A DNA stretch of 63,612 nucleotides, the filler included, from Reclinomonas americana ATCC 50394 (taxonomy: Eukaryota): the NCBI GenBank assembly GCA_048213135.1. It is 5 parts of 2 records of this genome, joined end to end, with 100 filler letters (N's around TTAATTAATTAA, not from the genome) between each part and the next. Parts side by side here need not be neighbours in the genome. Positions count along the whole stretch, not along the records: positions 34,391 to 43,878 come from PS015100.1; positions 43,979 to 63,612 come from PS015100.1; 3 more parts are not named here. One strand, 5' to 3'. The notes below the pieces were generated by a model. That model did not search any database. It was not told the origin of the DNA and saw only the letters and a list, made by a program, of their open reading frames with translations. The position numbers were made by a program, and so were the translations under genes. Below are positions 41,813 to 54,800 of the stretch, piece after piece (the first letter of the stretch is position 1; the number at the start of each line of letters is the position of its first letter).

Positions 41813-43275
41813 TCACACGGGTGCTGGCATAGCCGTTGGCGACAGCATGACGAACCACTTGTGCTGCAGAGCATCGGCAGCGCTGATGCGGTCGTCAGGA
41901 TTCAACTCAGTCATGCGTCTCATGAGGTCGATGGCCAGATTCCACTTGTGCCACTGAGCCGACTTCGCCTCCGCACACTCGTCGCGCTTCTCAAGAGTGG
42001 CCGCCTGAAGCACCTCCCGCACGTCCATCGGATGCAACGAATCCATGTACCACGGGTACTTTCTACCCATCAGCATCATGGCCAACGTCACCCCCAGGCT
42101 CCACATGTCGACTTCAACGCCCCACGGATCACGCTCGCCGTCCCACCCGCACATCTCCGGTGCCTTTGCGAGTACACACAGTCAGCAACACCGACGACAC
42201 TCCCCAAGCCCCATATGCATACAATATACTAGTAGTACGCACAAGAAAGCCTCGCGTGCCTCGCTGGTTGCCGTACTGGCGAGCGCCGCCGTCGCGCAGA
42301 AACACACACAAGTTGTAGTCGATCAGAACCGCGCGTCGTCGGCAGCGGTCGAAAAGCACATGCACCGGCTTGATGTCGCAGTGCACAATGTGGCGAGCGT
42401 GCATACTGCGGAGCACCAAAAGTGTGTCGCGCATCGCAATAGCCACCTCGTCAATGTCAAAAGGCATGTCGTCGGGGACTCGCTCGAACACCAGCGTGCC
42501 ACGCTCCACTTCCTCCCTCACCAGCTGTGGCACGTTGTGGCGGATGCTTGCGTCGCCGTACAGCGTCTTCACCACTCGCGCCTCCAGCTGCGCTTGTTGT
42601 ACGCTTGTTGTCTTGGTAACGGTGTTGGTAAGTCCGTTGCCTCCATCTGTACTCGTCGCCCGCGTGAGCACATGGCTCTTCGGGTGAGGAGTGGCCCCAC
42701 TCTGCTTCGAGCTCCACGAACGGATCAATCCCAAAAATCGGTCCTGGCGTATGCTGACTTTCCCGCCAAGCAGGCCGACAGTTCGGCGTGCCGTCTTCGC
42801 GATAGCCAAGAGCACTGCATGCAGGGACACCATTGTGCCCACTGTATCATCCGACGCGTATGATAAGACACACGTGCGTAGCAAGAGAAACCTCGGCAAA
42901 CACCTATTACAACGCACCTCGATACCCAAGAAACTCGCTGCACAGCATCTCCGAAGCCATCCCTCGCGATTGCGATCCGTGGCAACCGAACTGCCAGACG
43001 CCGAGTGCAGAGTACCCGACAACGTCCGTCACGGGGTTCACAAAGTGAGCCTCGAAAATAGCCACCGTCGAGTGACCGGTGAGTGCACCGAACACGGTGA
43101 GCTGTCTCTCGCATCCTTTCTCCACGCGTGCAGCCAGGAGAAGCAGTGATACCCACATCGACTCAAACAGCTTCTTGGCGTCAGGATGGCGCAGTAAGCC
43201 GAGCGACGTCCGCGCCCGCCGCTCAACGACGCCATTGTTGCAGAGCAGCCTGACGTCTTCAGCCGTGATCCCGCC
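41813..43275 (-). CDS. Divergent Ser/Thr protein kinase, 5' part in or behind a gap
   Basis: VVKT, HIVHCDIKPVHVL, LIDYNL, GTRGFL|APEM, VDMWSLGV and MTELNPDDRISAADALQHKWF. Confidence 0.85.
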
Positions 43276-43827
43276 NNNNNNNNNNNNNNNNNNNNNNNNN
43301 NNNNNNNNNNNNNNNNNNNNNNNNNNNNNNNNNNNNNNNNNNNNNNNNNNNNNNNNNNNNNNNNNNNNNNNNNNNNNNNNNNNNNNNNNNNNNNNNNNNN
43401 NNNNNNNNNNNNNNNNNNNNNNNNNNNNNNNNNNNNNNNNNNNNNNNNNNNNNNNNNNNNNNNNNNNNNNNNNNNNNNNNNNNNNNNNNNNNNNNNNNNN
43501 NNNNNNNNNNNNNNNNNNNNNNNNNNNNNNNNNNNNNNNNNNNNNNNNNNNNNNNNNNNNNNNNNNNNNNNNNNNNNNNNNNNNNNNNNNNNNNNNNNNN
43601 NNNNNNNNNNNNNNNNNNNNNNNNNNNNNNNNNNNNNNNNNNNNNNNNNNNNNNNNNNNNNNNNNNNNNNNNNNNNNNNNNNNNNNNNNNNNNNNNNNNN
43701 NNNNNNNNNNNNNNNNNNNNNNNNNNNNNNNNNNNNNNNNNNCAGCGCAGCCGCAGGTATCACCCTGTGCCAAGAACACCAAGAAGCATGAACACAGAAC
43801 CTTCGTGCACGCGAACGCAGACGTCGA

Positions 43828-43877
<50 letters not shown>

Positions 43878-43922
43878 GNNNNNNNNNNNNNNNNNNNNNN
43901 NNNNNNNNNNNNNNNNNNNNNN

Positions 43923-43934
43923 TTAATTAATTAA
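43923..43934. other. Artificial linker TTAATTAATTAA
   Basis: Same as 25266. Confidence 0.95.
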
Positions 43935-43978
43935 NNNNNNNNNNNNNNNNNNNNNNNNNNNNNNNNNNNNNNNNNNNN

Positions 43979-45169
43979 TTCTCCACCTCGCGAGTGGCCA
44001 GCGCCTGCTTGGCAGCTTCGAAGAAGTTTGTGTAAGCGGCAAGGAAAAGAAGGGAGACTGCTAACAAAAGGACGCAGTGTAATAACCTACTCCCATGGAG
44101 TTCCACACAGCCGCGGTGTAGTGTTCTTTCACACCCTTGAGAACAACCTCCAGTTCCGATGCTGGCATATCCAACAACGGCAGGCAGTCGTCAAAGTTGT
44201 GGACTTCGAGTGGAGCTGAGAGCGCACAAACGCATCAGAGCCTCTTTATACCCTCTTCTCTGTGGTGCACGTGTTGTGCATGTGTGCACTGAGGGAAAAA
44301 GAAAGTACAACACACCTGCCAGAGCGTAGCCGGCATCGGTGTCATCTGGGGCGCAGCGCGTGGCATGAGTGGAAAACAACGCACACGCAAACAAACACAA
44401 ACACAAACACAAACCCATCGCTCGTCAACACGTGATACGTACAGTATGTAATGCTTCGATGATTCAAAGGACAACTTCGACGTCGACGCATGGTTGACGC
44501 ATTAACACAGAGGAACGCAGAAGGCCTCTCAGCTGCTCTCCACTTCGCAACGGTGTTGCACTGTGGTCAGACAACCCGTCCTCTGACTTCGAATTCTTGT
44601 GTAAAATGTGAATCGGACGTACGCGTTTGCATACTGCAACAATTCATGATCATCCACCAACAAAAAAGCAACAGCTGTCTTGATGGTCATTGGACATAGC
44701 CGTACTGCATCGCCTATACAACAATGCATCGAGTCCATCGACCATCATGGCCAGCAGCGCGCAGGCCTAGCACGTGGTCCTTCACCGGCACGGATGCACC
44801 TGTAACTGCGCGTACTCGCAGGCGGCTTGGAGCAGCATCTGCCGTGGAACACACTTCGAATTCCGATGCTTGGCACGCATGCACCTGCAGCTTGCCGCCG
44901 AACCCGAATTCGAATTTCTTCTCGGCACTGCATTTCAGGCGTGCTCTGCAAAGTCTACACGTACACCCCACAGGCGGCCCTGCACCTACATGTGTTCTTT
45001 GCGGCGCCGGCTCGCCCTGCACTTTCACTTGTTGCTCCCCCACATGCACCAACGCCTCCAATTCCGCACCTACCCCACCATCACAGGGAGCACCATAACT
45101 GCATGACAATGCACTCTGGTAATGGGCGGCGTCCGTCGAAAAAACGGATCGGGAAATCCATTCTCGCAC
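43979..45169 (-). CDS. Probable hypothetical multi-exon gene, boundaries uncertain
   Basis: Exon-like stretches (AVAFLLVDDHELLQYAN; PLEVHNFDDCLPLLDMPASELEVVLKGV) bordered by splice-like sites. No family recognised. Confidence 0.35.
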
Positions 45170-45337
45170 CAGTCACACACTTTTTCGCGCTTGTTCACGC
45201 ACACACGCACACACAAGACACAGAGTGCGTGTGTGTGCGCACGCGACTCCTCTCTCCCCCGACACACACACACTCTCTCTCTTTTGTGTGTGCACTCTCT
45301 CTGTCTTATCTCACACACACTCTCTCTGTTGACACAC

Positions 45338-45665
45338 ATGGACCCACCATTGTACTATGTAATCATCGTCAACGGCGTGTACCCCGCCGCCGCTGTTATT
45401 GTCTTCCTCTCCCTTGTCTTTCACCTCATCTTTCGCTTCCCCAATCGACGATAGTTGCGTTGACACACACACATATGCGCGCGTGCATATTTTTCCTCAC
45501 CCGCTCACACTCACACTCTCACTCTCACTCTCACTCACTTCTCCAGTGACTCAAGATCGCGCATCACATTCTACTGGATCACGCAGACAGTGCGACTAAC
45601 ATGCTCCGCAAGCGCCGCCAGTTGCATACACTTGTCTGATAAAACACATTGACTCACTTGTGCAC

Positions 45666-45702
<37 letters not shown>

Positions 45703-46009
45703 GCACACACTCTTACACACTCCCTTGCACAGCTGCGTATGCCATGTACTGGAACCCGCCTGACTACTGGTCTGCGCTCTTCATCAACGCGGGCTCCATG
45801 GTCATTCTATTGGCGGCACTGTGTGTGTTCTGGACGATGATGGTGATGGCGACGTTGCCGAGCGGGTGGATTCGCTTCGGCTCATGTCGTTCGCGCGTCG
45901 CCCTCACTGTCCTCATCCTCACCATCATTCAAGCGGTGGCCTCCATTGCTGAGCTGGTGGTGTTGACCTATGTCGGCACCATTTGCCGCAACCCGAATCC
46001 CGATCAGTA
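45338..46009 (+). CDS. Multi-pass membrane protein, 3'-truncated by a gap
   Basis: Spliced MDPPLYYVIIVNGVYPAAAVIVFLSLVFHLIFRFPNRRYDSRSRITFYW...WSALFINAGSMVILLAALCVFW...VALTVLILTIIQAVASIAELVVL, with about 4 hydrophobic helices. Confidence 0.65.
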
Positions 46010-46182
46010 NNNNNNNNNNNNNNNNNNNNNNNNNNNNNNNNNNNNNNNNNNNNNNNNNNNNAGCGGAGCTTGGTACGGTGCTCTGAGGCGCAGCCATGGG
46101 TCCAATTGAACCCACGTAAAAGTGTGATGTGTCATACCATGCACCAAAGTCGCGCCTATATATCAATGCTGCTCAGTGCTCA

Positions 46183-46770
46183 GTGGACGACTGCACGTGA
46201 GGCGCTTGTCGAGGCCGCCAATGGCTTTGTGCGGGTGCTTATGGAGTACAGGTGACAAGAGCATGCGCTCCTGTAGAGTCGAGCATGTGCTTATTTAGTG
46301 AGCAGAGAGTTGACGTGTGGCGCGGTGGACTTGGCGTTGAGTGAGGAGCGTGTGCGTGAGAGTCGTGCGCGTGTGCTGGTGCGGTCGTTGGTCGCGCAGC
46401 GGCGACGATTACGCGAGTTGCTGCGTGCAATGGTCAGTCTCTCTCTCTCTGTGTGTGTGTGTGTTGTTGAGCTGCGTGCTCATCGCTGGTGTCGCAGGGT
46501 GCAGTGCATTGTGCGTTGCGCGACTGCATGTGCGCGTGTGACGACGACGCGCAGGTGTTGCGCGATGCGAGTGCGGAGTGTGGAAGGGAGGTGGTGGCGC
46601 TCACGCGCGCGGTCAAGGTGCTGGAGCAGGCGGTGGTGGAGCCGGTGTCGGCGGATAAGCTGCGTGTGGCGTGGGCGACTGCGTGTCCGCATGCGGCGCA
46701 GTATAGTCGCGCATGGGCGCGGTTACAGGCGTGGGAGAGTGCGCGAGAGGAGGGCGGCGATGGTGATTGA
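46183..46770 (+). CDS. Hypothetical helical protein, 3' exons
   Basis: Three GT-AG-bounded exons ending ...WARLQAWESAREEGGDGD*. Confidence 0.45.
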
Positions 46771-47009
46771 AGCACAGAGGAAGAGCGGCTGTTTCTTGGT
46801 GTTACGTACACAGGTGTGCAGCACTCGCTTCGAGGTGCGTGCAACAAGGAGGAGAAGCAGCTGCGGAGACTTGTCGATGGTTGGTGTGTTTTTCCGAGTT
46901 TCGCTGCAGCAGTGGCGTGGTCACTGTTTCGCGCATGGTTGCATTGAGCAGCTGGTGGGGGCATTACTGGAGAAAGCTCCTCTGTCGCCATTCTGTGCAG
47001 CTTTTGCCT

Positions 47010-47600
47010 TCTTCGTGCACTGTCTTCGCGTTGGATTTCGGAATATCCACTTCCGTTCCTGATCATGGCGCTTGCAATGAGGAGTGGTTGATGTGGTACG
47101 AGTATGGGGTCTCTCTCTTTCTGGAGCATGAAATGCACTGTCTCTGTGCGTGTACTCTTCACAATGGATATCGATTTCGGTATTCCACCTTTGCAACTCT
47201 TCTGACTCCTCTTCCACCCATTAATTATCGCGCTTGCGATGAGGAGTGGTTGATTGATGTGGTACATGTTCTCCTCGAATCAGTGGTCTTGTGTTCCTTG
47301 TCTCTGCGGCTTTGCTTTCCACTGCATTTTCTCTGCATCGATTTGCTGTTGTGACTCTTGTGGCTCCTCTTCCACTTCTATTTGTGTTGGCGATGAAGAG
47401 TGCTTGAAGTGGCACAAGCGCAGTCTTTCTCTTCTTGGTCGGAGCCTGTGCCTTGTCTCTGTGCTTTCCACTGTCTTCACTTGATCAATATTTCGATATC
47501 TCGCCTTTGCAACTCTTCTGACTCCTCTTCCACTCCTGTTTGCATTGCCGACGAGGAGTGCTTTCTATGGCACAAGCGCAGTGTCTCTCTCTCTCTCTCT
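47010..47600. repeat. Four degenerate tandem units of about 160-170 nt
   Basis: Recurring ga(c/t)ga(g/a)gagtg...tgg(c/t)ac motifs at about 47080, 47240, 47395 and 47550. tttgcaactcttctgactcctcttccac is identical at about 47190 and 47506. Confidence 0.7.
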
Positions 47601-47823
47601 TCTGGTTGAACAAGCGGACTTGTCGGCGCCTTGTCTCGACGTCCATGAACGTCGCGCTGCTATTTCCGCAAGCCGCGTGTTTTTTTGCGTGCCTGCGTAA
47701 CCACAAGCCCGACCCCCCTGTCTGCGTCTTGCTCGTGCGCGCGTGTGTGTGTGTACAAAGAAGCAAAACACCGGCGGGACATCTTCTTACACACCAACTT
47801 CCGAAACACGTGAACAGCGCGCC

Positions 47824-48825
47824 ATGTCAGGTGACAATGGCCTCCCGTCGCCCCCACGCACGCTCTTCACACTCCGAATCTCCTGCTCTTCTGCACACTG
47901 TCTTTCATTTTCCCTGTCTCTCGCATGTTCTTGTGTGTGTTCAAAAGTGACAAAAGTAGCTATTTTTCCTTACCTCATGCACTCTCTCTCACTCTGTCTC
48001 TCTCTCACACACACAGGGCCAAGCGGCGGTTATGGCGCTGGCGGTGCAGGTTTGACACTGACACACACACTGTCTCTCTTTCTCTCTCTCTCTCANNNNN
48101 NNNNNNNNNNNNNNNNNNNNNNNNNNNNNNNNNNNNNNNNNNNNNNNNNNNNNNNNNNNNNNNNNNNNNNNNNNNNNNNNNNNNNNNNNNNNNNNNNNNN
48201 NNNNNNNNNNNNNNNNNNNNNNNNNNNNNNNNNNNNNNNNNNNNNNNNNNNNNNNNNNNNNNNNNNNNNNNNNNNNNNNNNNNNNNNNNNNNNNNNNNNN
48301 NNNNNNNNNNNNNNNNNNNNNNNNNNNNNNNNNNNNNNNNNNNNNNNNNNNNNNNNNNNNNNNNNNNNNNNNNNNNNNNNNNNNNNNNNNNNNNNNNNNN
48401 NNNNNNNNNNNNNNNNNNNNNNNNNNNNNNNNNNNNNNNNNNNNNNNNNNNNNNNNNNNNNNNNNNNNNNNNNNNNNNNNNNNNNNNNNNNNNNNNNNNN
48501 NNNNNNNNNNNNNNNNNNNNNNNNNNNNNNNNNNNNCACACTCATCTGTGTTTCAAAGGTGGACGCGGTGGATATTCCCAAGGCGGGAGTGGCAGGTTCC
48601 TCTCTCTCCCTCTCACTCTCCCTCCCTCTCTCACTCACACTCACACTCACACTGACTATGTGTGTGCGTGCAGTGCTGGTGGCGCAGGAGGCAGTGGTGA
48701 CTCCAACAGTCGCGACCAGCAAGGATCGTTGCGTTGTTGTCTGCACGCAGTCCCTCTCTCTCGCACACTCATGTGTTGTTGTCTGGTCAACACAGTGGCA
48801 GTGGAGCCGCCAATCGACGAGGTAT

Positions 48826-48870
<45 letters not shown>

Positions 48871-51800
48871 ACACTTCAACGCTTGCCTCTGGCACCCTTG
48901 CCAATGCCTGCTCTTTTGTAGAGGACGATGAGTGGAGCACAGCGCGTGGCTCCTCCGGCGCAGGCAATGTCGCGTACGGTGCCAGTGGTGCTTCATACGG
49001 GTCCGCAGCAGGNNNNNNNNNNNNNNNNNNNNNNNNNNNNNNNNNNNNNNNNNNNNNNNNNNNNNNNNNNNNNNNNNNNNNNNNNNNNNNNNNNNNNNNN
49101 NNNNNNNNNNNNNNNNNNNNNNNNNNNNNNNNNNNNNNNNNNNNNNNNNNNNNNNNNNNNNNNNNNNNNNNNNNNNNNNNNNNNNNNNNNNNNNNNNNNN
49201 NNNNNNNNNNNNNNNNNNNNNNNNNNNNNNNNNNNNNNNNNNNNNNNNNNNNNNNNNNNNNNNNNNNNNNNNNNNNNNNNNNNNNNNNNNNNNNNNNNNN
49301 NNNNNNNNNNNNNNNNNNNNNNNNNNNNNNNNNNNNNNNNNNNNNNNNNNNNNNNNNNNNNNNNNNNNNNNNNNNNNNNNNNNNNNNNNNNNNNNNNNNN
49401 NCGGCAGTGGTGCGGCAGCTGGTGGCGGTGGCAGTGGCAGTGGCTATGGCAGCGGCTACAGCGGTGGCTACGGCTCAGGCGGCGGCGGCTACAGTGGTGG
49501 CGGTGGCTACAGCTCTGGTGGTGGCGGTGGTGGCTACGGTTCCGGTGGCTACGGCTCAGGCGGCAGTGGCTACGGCAGTGGCTACAGTGGCGGCTATGGA
49601 TCCGGTGGCTACGGCTCTGGCGGCTACGGCAGTGGTGGTGGTGGCTACGGCAGCGGGTACGGCAGTTCGTACGGAACCGGTGGTGGCTATGGCACTGGCA
49701 CTGGAGGGGTGTATGGTGCGTGCCTCTCCCTCTCCCCCTCCCTCTTGGCCGCTCTGATTCTCACCCGGGAGCGCAGGTGCCGGCTCGCGTCAGTCGCAGG
49801 GCTACTCGTACACCTACAGTGCCGGCGGCGCTACGAGCACGTACAGCAATCCGACGTACTTGCCGGGCGACAGCTTCCTGGGCTCGTTTGGTGGGCGACC
49901 GGTCAACCGAGAGCCAGAGGCTGGCGAGACCGAGGTCGAGTTCCACTTGCTGTTGAATGACCCGGCGCCGGCTGGCTCGTATGTGTGCATGCGTGGAGGT
50001 GTGTGTGTGTGTGTGAGCTGTGGCACGCCACCGTGTATCGCTATCGTTCTCACGCCAGTGTGCTGTTGGTAGACCTGGAGGTGGTCGGCGGATGGGAGTT
50101 TGCCAGCGCAATCATGGTCCCTCACCCGAACAACAACAAGCACTACACGTGCAAGATCAAGTTGCCGGTGTGTGTGTGTGACTATCACTGTCATCTGTTT
50201 CTCTTCGTGCACTGTACCTCACCTCACGCCCGCGCCTGCTCTAGTACGCGGCCAATGCTCGCGGGTACACCAAGCCGCTGTTGGAGTTCAAGGTCTGTGT
50301 ATGGAGCGACGTCCTCCCTCTTGTCTGAGTCGCCCATCACCATTCTCTCCTCTCGTTCTCTGTTGGATCACCACTTGTCCCTCCACCACACTGTGCGCCT
50401 CACCTCTCCCATGTGCACAGTACTCGATCGAGAGCGGCACCGAGGCAGAGCCACGCACCGAGTGGGAAAACGATCCAAATCGCCGTGTGTGGGCCATGGA
50501 GTGGTCGTACTATCACACGTTCCGCAAGAAGGGCGTGATGGCGTTCTTTGGTGCATACCGCCCTCTCCCTCCCTCGCGTCTGTACATTGATCCCGCTTCT
50601 CATCGTTTTCCCCACTGCACGCAGGCGGCATGATGGCCAAGAACGAAGACAAGTTCCTGGCGCTGTACCAAGATCTCTTCTCCGACTTGGTGGAGAACCG
50701 TCGCGACCTCAACAATTTCCTGCAAGAGTACGACACGTTCCGAGAGCAGTCGTTCCGTGAGAACTTTTTGCGTCGAGTTGCGTGGCACTCTCACAAGTAG
50801 CGTTCACGTGCATGGACTGATGAGTGCGGTGTGTGTGTGTGTAGGACAAGGAGTGCGAGTTGCTCTCCGACCTCATGTGCGAGGTCATCAACGAGCGAAC
50901 AGAATTGCTGACTCGCAATGACATTGTGCTGGCGCTGCTGTCGATCTGGGGCAACGCTGTGCACTCAAACGACATTCGCACTCGAGCGGCCAACATGCAG
51001 CGGTTCGTGATCTCGCTTTTTTTGTATGGTTTTGACAGTTTGCTGATGTCGTGCGTGCAGAACTTACTACGCAGCACCGGCTGCTGTGGAGGCGCGCAAG
51101 GATCCGTTCCCTGTGCAACTCATTCAGCGACTGCGCGATCCCGCTCTGGTCAAGCTGGACGCCGTGCTTGATGTACGTCACGGGGTTGTCGTGCGTGAAG
51201 ACAGAAAGAGAGAGAGATATGAGTGCTGATGCCGCTTGCAATTCGCGCAGACGTTGCCGTACGGCTGGAAGCCCATGCTCGCCAAGGGCATTTGCTCAGT
51301 CATGGAGCTCGAGGCGAAGCGTGGCTCGTTCACCTGGTTGTCGGTGGTGCCGTTCCTGTGGAGCGTCGACAAGCATCGCGTTGTCGATATTCCACCTCGG
51401 TGCGTCAATTAGATAGCNNNNNNNNNNNNNNNNNNNNNNNNNNNNNNNNNNNNNNNNNNNNNNNNNNNNNNNNNNNNNNNNNNNNNNNNNNNNNNNNNNN
51501 NNNNNNNNNNNNNNNNNNNNNNNNNNNNNNNNNNNNNNNNNNNNNNNNNNNNNNNNNNNNNNNNNNNNNNNNNNNNNNNNNNNNNNNNNNNNNNNNNNNN
51601 NNNNNNNNNNNNNNNNNNNNNNNNNNNNNNNNNNNNNNNNNNNNNNNNNNNNNNNNNNNNNNNNNNNNNNNNNNNNNNNNNNNNNNNNNNNNNNNNNNNN
51701 NNNNNNNNNNNNNNNNNNNNNNNNNNNNNNNNNNNNNNNNNNNNNNNNNNNNNNNNNNNNNNNNNNNNNNNNNNNNNNNNNNNNNNNNNNNNNNNNNNNN

Positions 51801-54800
51801 NNNNNNNNNNNNNNNNNNNNNNNNNNNNNNNNNNNNNNNNNNNNNNNNNNNNNNNNNNNNNNNNNNNNNNNNNNNNNNNNNNNNNNNNNNNNNNNNNNNN
51901 NNNNNNNNNNNNNNNNNNNNNNNNNNNNNNNNNNNNNNNNNNNNNNNNNNNNNNNNNNNNNNNNNNNNNNNNNNNNNNNNNNNNNNNNNNNNNNNNNNNN
52001 NNNNNNNNNNNNNNNNNNNNNNNNNNNNNNNNNNNNNNNNNNNNNNNNNNNNNNNNNNNNNNNNNNNNNNNNNNNNNNNNNNNNNNNNNNNNNNNNNNNN
52101 NNNNNNNNNNNNNNNNGATTCTGCACCCGCTTTCTCTCTCTCCTTCTCTCTCTCTCTCTCTCTCTTACACAAACACACACGCAGTGTGCTTTCATCGGAT
52201 GCGGCCGTGGAGAGCTTCCTTGGCGAGTACCAGCGCCTCAATCTGGGCGAGCTGGTTGCCGCGAATCGTGAGCTGTTTGAGAACCTGTTCAAGGCCGTGA
52301 TCGCGTACGCGCCAAACATGGAAGGTGTGTAAAGTATCTGCCTCCTCTTCTCTCTCAGTGTCTCTCTTCCCGCTCACGGCGATTGTCGCGGCAACAGTGA
52401 TCACCAACCACGTGTTTGGCGAAATGTGCATCGCGTCCAAAGAGAACTTGGCGCTCTTCGTGCAGGCCGTGCAGCAGAAGGTGCACATGTACACGTGGCC
52501 AGACCACCGTCGCACTGTCGATCTGCAGGCCCTCATTCGGTTCGTGACAAAACCTCGCAGCTGTGCATGTTTGTGCGAGTGTATTTAAATTGACAGTGAC
52601 TTCTCCTCCCTCCCCCCTCGTCTTTAGGCTCACCGACATTGTCGCCGACCTGAAGAACGACAAGACCATGGCACAACTGCTGCGCAACCCAGACATTGAC
52701 GGCGGTAACGTGGAGGAGGTTCTCAACATCTGTACCGCGTACTGCATGCAGCTGGAGACTTCGCCGTGTTGCGTTGCAGTGAGGTGCACGCGAGTGGCCG
52801 GTGGTGCAGCGCGCTAACATGCGACGCACAGATGACCTGGTGCTGGCGTTCGCCGAGTACCTGGAGCGCAACTTTGAGGCGCCAAAGGGCCGCAAGCAAC
52901 GCTACAAATGGCAGGTGATTTTCGAGGTGTGGAATGCCGTGCTGGAGGTGCCATGCTTCTTCGAGTATCGCCATCGTCTGGTCGAGTCGCTGGCCAAGGT
53001 GCTGGACATTGAGGCCGACGCGTTCCGCTCGCTCGATCAGTTGCTGGCACTGGACATGAGCAAGTTCAAGGAGGTCATTGTCAACTTTATCATCCGCAAA
53101 GGTATCGTCGTGGGAAGACAAGTGTGCGAGTCTCTTTGTGATACTGATGTGGGGCGATGGCCGTTGCTTCTTGTGTATTACAGCGAGCTCGCTGATTTCA
53201 GCGGCCGGTAACAAGCACCAGAAGAATCTCCTGCGCACGGTGACTGGGTCGAAGCTGCCGGATGAGATGAAGTACGACTTGCTCTTCCTGCTGCTCCCGC
53301 TGCGCCACAGTCTCGAAGATGGTGCCAGGTTGGTCGTCGCGCCGATAAATGGCCGTCCACTCTGCGCTCCCTCTCCTCACACACGCGCGCATGTGCGCAG
53401 CTTCCCGGCCGCCATGACGGCCTACAATCTCGGCGATGTGCTGAACAACATGCTCGAGAACCCACTGCTGTGGGACATGTTTTTCGAGGTGCGTGTTCCC
53501 AGTTCCTCGNNNNNNNNNNNNNNNNNNNNNNNNNNNNNNNNNNNNNACCACGCAATGAAGTCAGCCACTGCAGGTCGTCTTGGATCGGCAAATTGGAGCG
53601 CCAGTCCTGCACACACACTCATGCGTGAGTTCGCAGACAGAAGAGAGGGAGAGGAGTCAATCATACCTTGATCTCGCGCAACACCAAACGCTCCTTGTTG
53701 GCGCTCATCGCCACCAACTCCTCGGCCAGACCGTCGGTGCGGATTGGTGGGTCCGTGTTGCAGAAAATGTTGACCAAGAAGCCCACATCACGGAAGTGGT
53801 TCTCAAAGGCTGTGTGTTTTGCACGCGAATCATGTGGTCAGAGAATGAAAGGCGAGGCAGGGGGATAGAGAGAGAATGAAAGGCGAGGCAGGGGGATAGA
53901 GAGAGAAGGTCAGGTGAACTCACTTTCCAGCGTGCGCTGGCGTGCAGAGAACACATCGTCGGAAATAGCATTCCTGCCGCGAATGGACTTGGCCAACAGC
54001 TTGAACGACTCCCAGTTGTCGACCACCTTGCGGAGATCGCCAATCGTCAGCTGCTCCGAGATCAAGTCGTCTAGAGTCCGACTGAATGTCTGCGTGCAAG
54101 CACATGTGTCAGTGCGCACGAGCAAATGGGTATCTGTGAATCGTGTCGACGAAACGACAAAGCCGGCCACGAGCACGCTCAACATGCGCGCCTTGGCCGA
54201 GGCGAGCGAGGCAAACGGCTGACGATCCAAGTGCAGATGATCCTCGATGCGAGTGCTGGTGTCACGCAGCCACTGTGACGCACAACGGTGAGGACGTGAC
54301 CGTGAGTGNNNNNNNNNNNNNNNNNNNNNNNNNNNNNNNNNNNNNNNNNNNNNNNNNNNNNNNNNNNNNNNNNNNNNNNNNNNNNNNNNNNNNNNNNNNN
54401 NNNNNNNNNNNNNNNNNNNNNNNNNNNNNNNNNNNNNNNNNNNNNNNNNNNNNNNNNNNNNNNNNNNNNNNNNNNNNNNNNNNNNNNNNNNNNNNNNNNN
54501 NNNNNNNNNNNNNNNNNNNNNNNNNNNNNNNNNNNNNNNNNNNNNNNNNNNNNNNNNNNNNNNNNNNNNNNNNNNNNNNNNNNNNNNNNNNNNNNNNNNN
54601 NNNNNNNNNNNNNNNNNNNNNNNNNNNNNNNNNNNNNNNNNNNNNNNNNNNNNNNNNNNNNNNNNNNNNNNNNNNNNNNNNNNNNNNNNNNNNNNNNNNN
54701 NNNNNNNNNNNNNNNNNNNNNNNNNNNNNNNNNNNNNNNNNNNNNNNNNNNNNNNNNNNNNNNNNNNNNNNNNNNNNNNNNNNNNNNNNNNNNNNNNNNN

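Noticed and set aside
25266-43934. Palindromic TTAATTAATTAA motif seen four times
   Set aside because: It is always centred in equal N pads, a standard artificial contig linker. Gene neighbourhood across these points is not reliable.
53841-53905. 31-nt direct repeat gagaatgaaaggcgaggcagggggatagaga x2
   Set aside because: A simple local duplication within an intron, with no sign of function.
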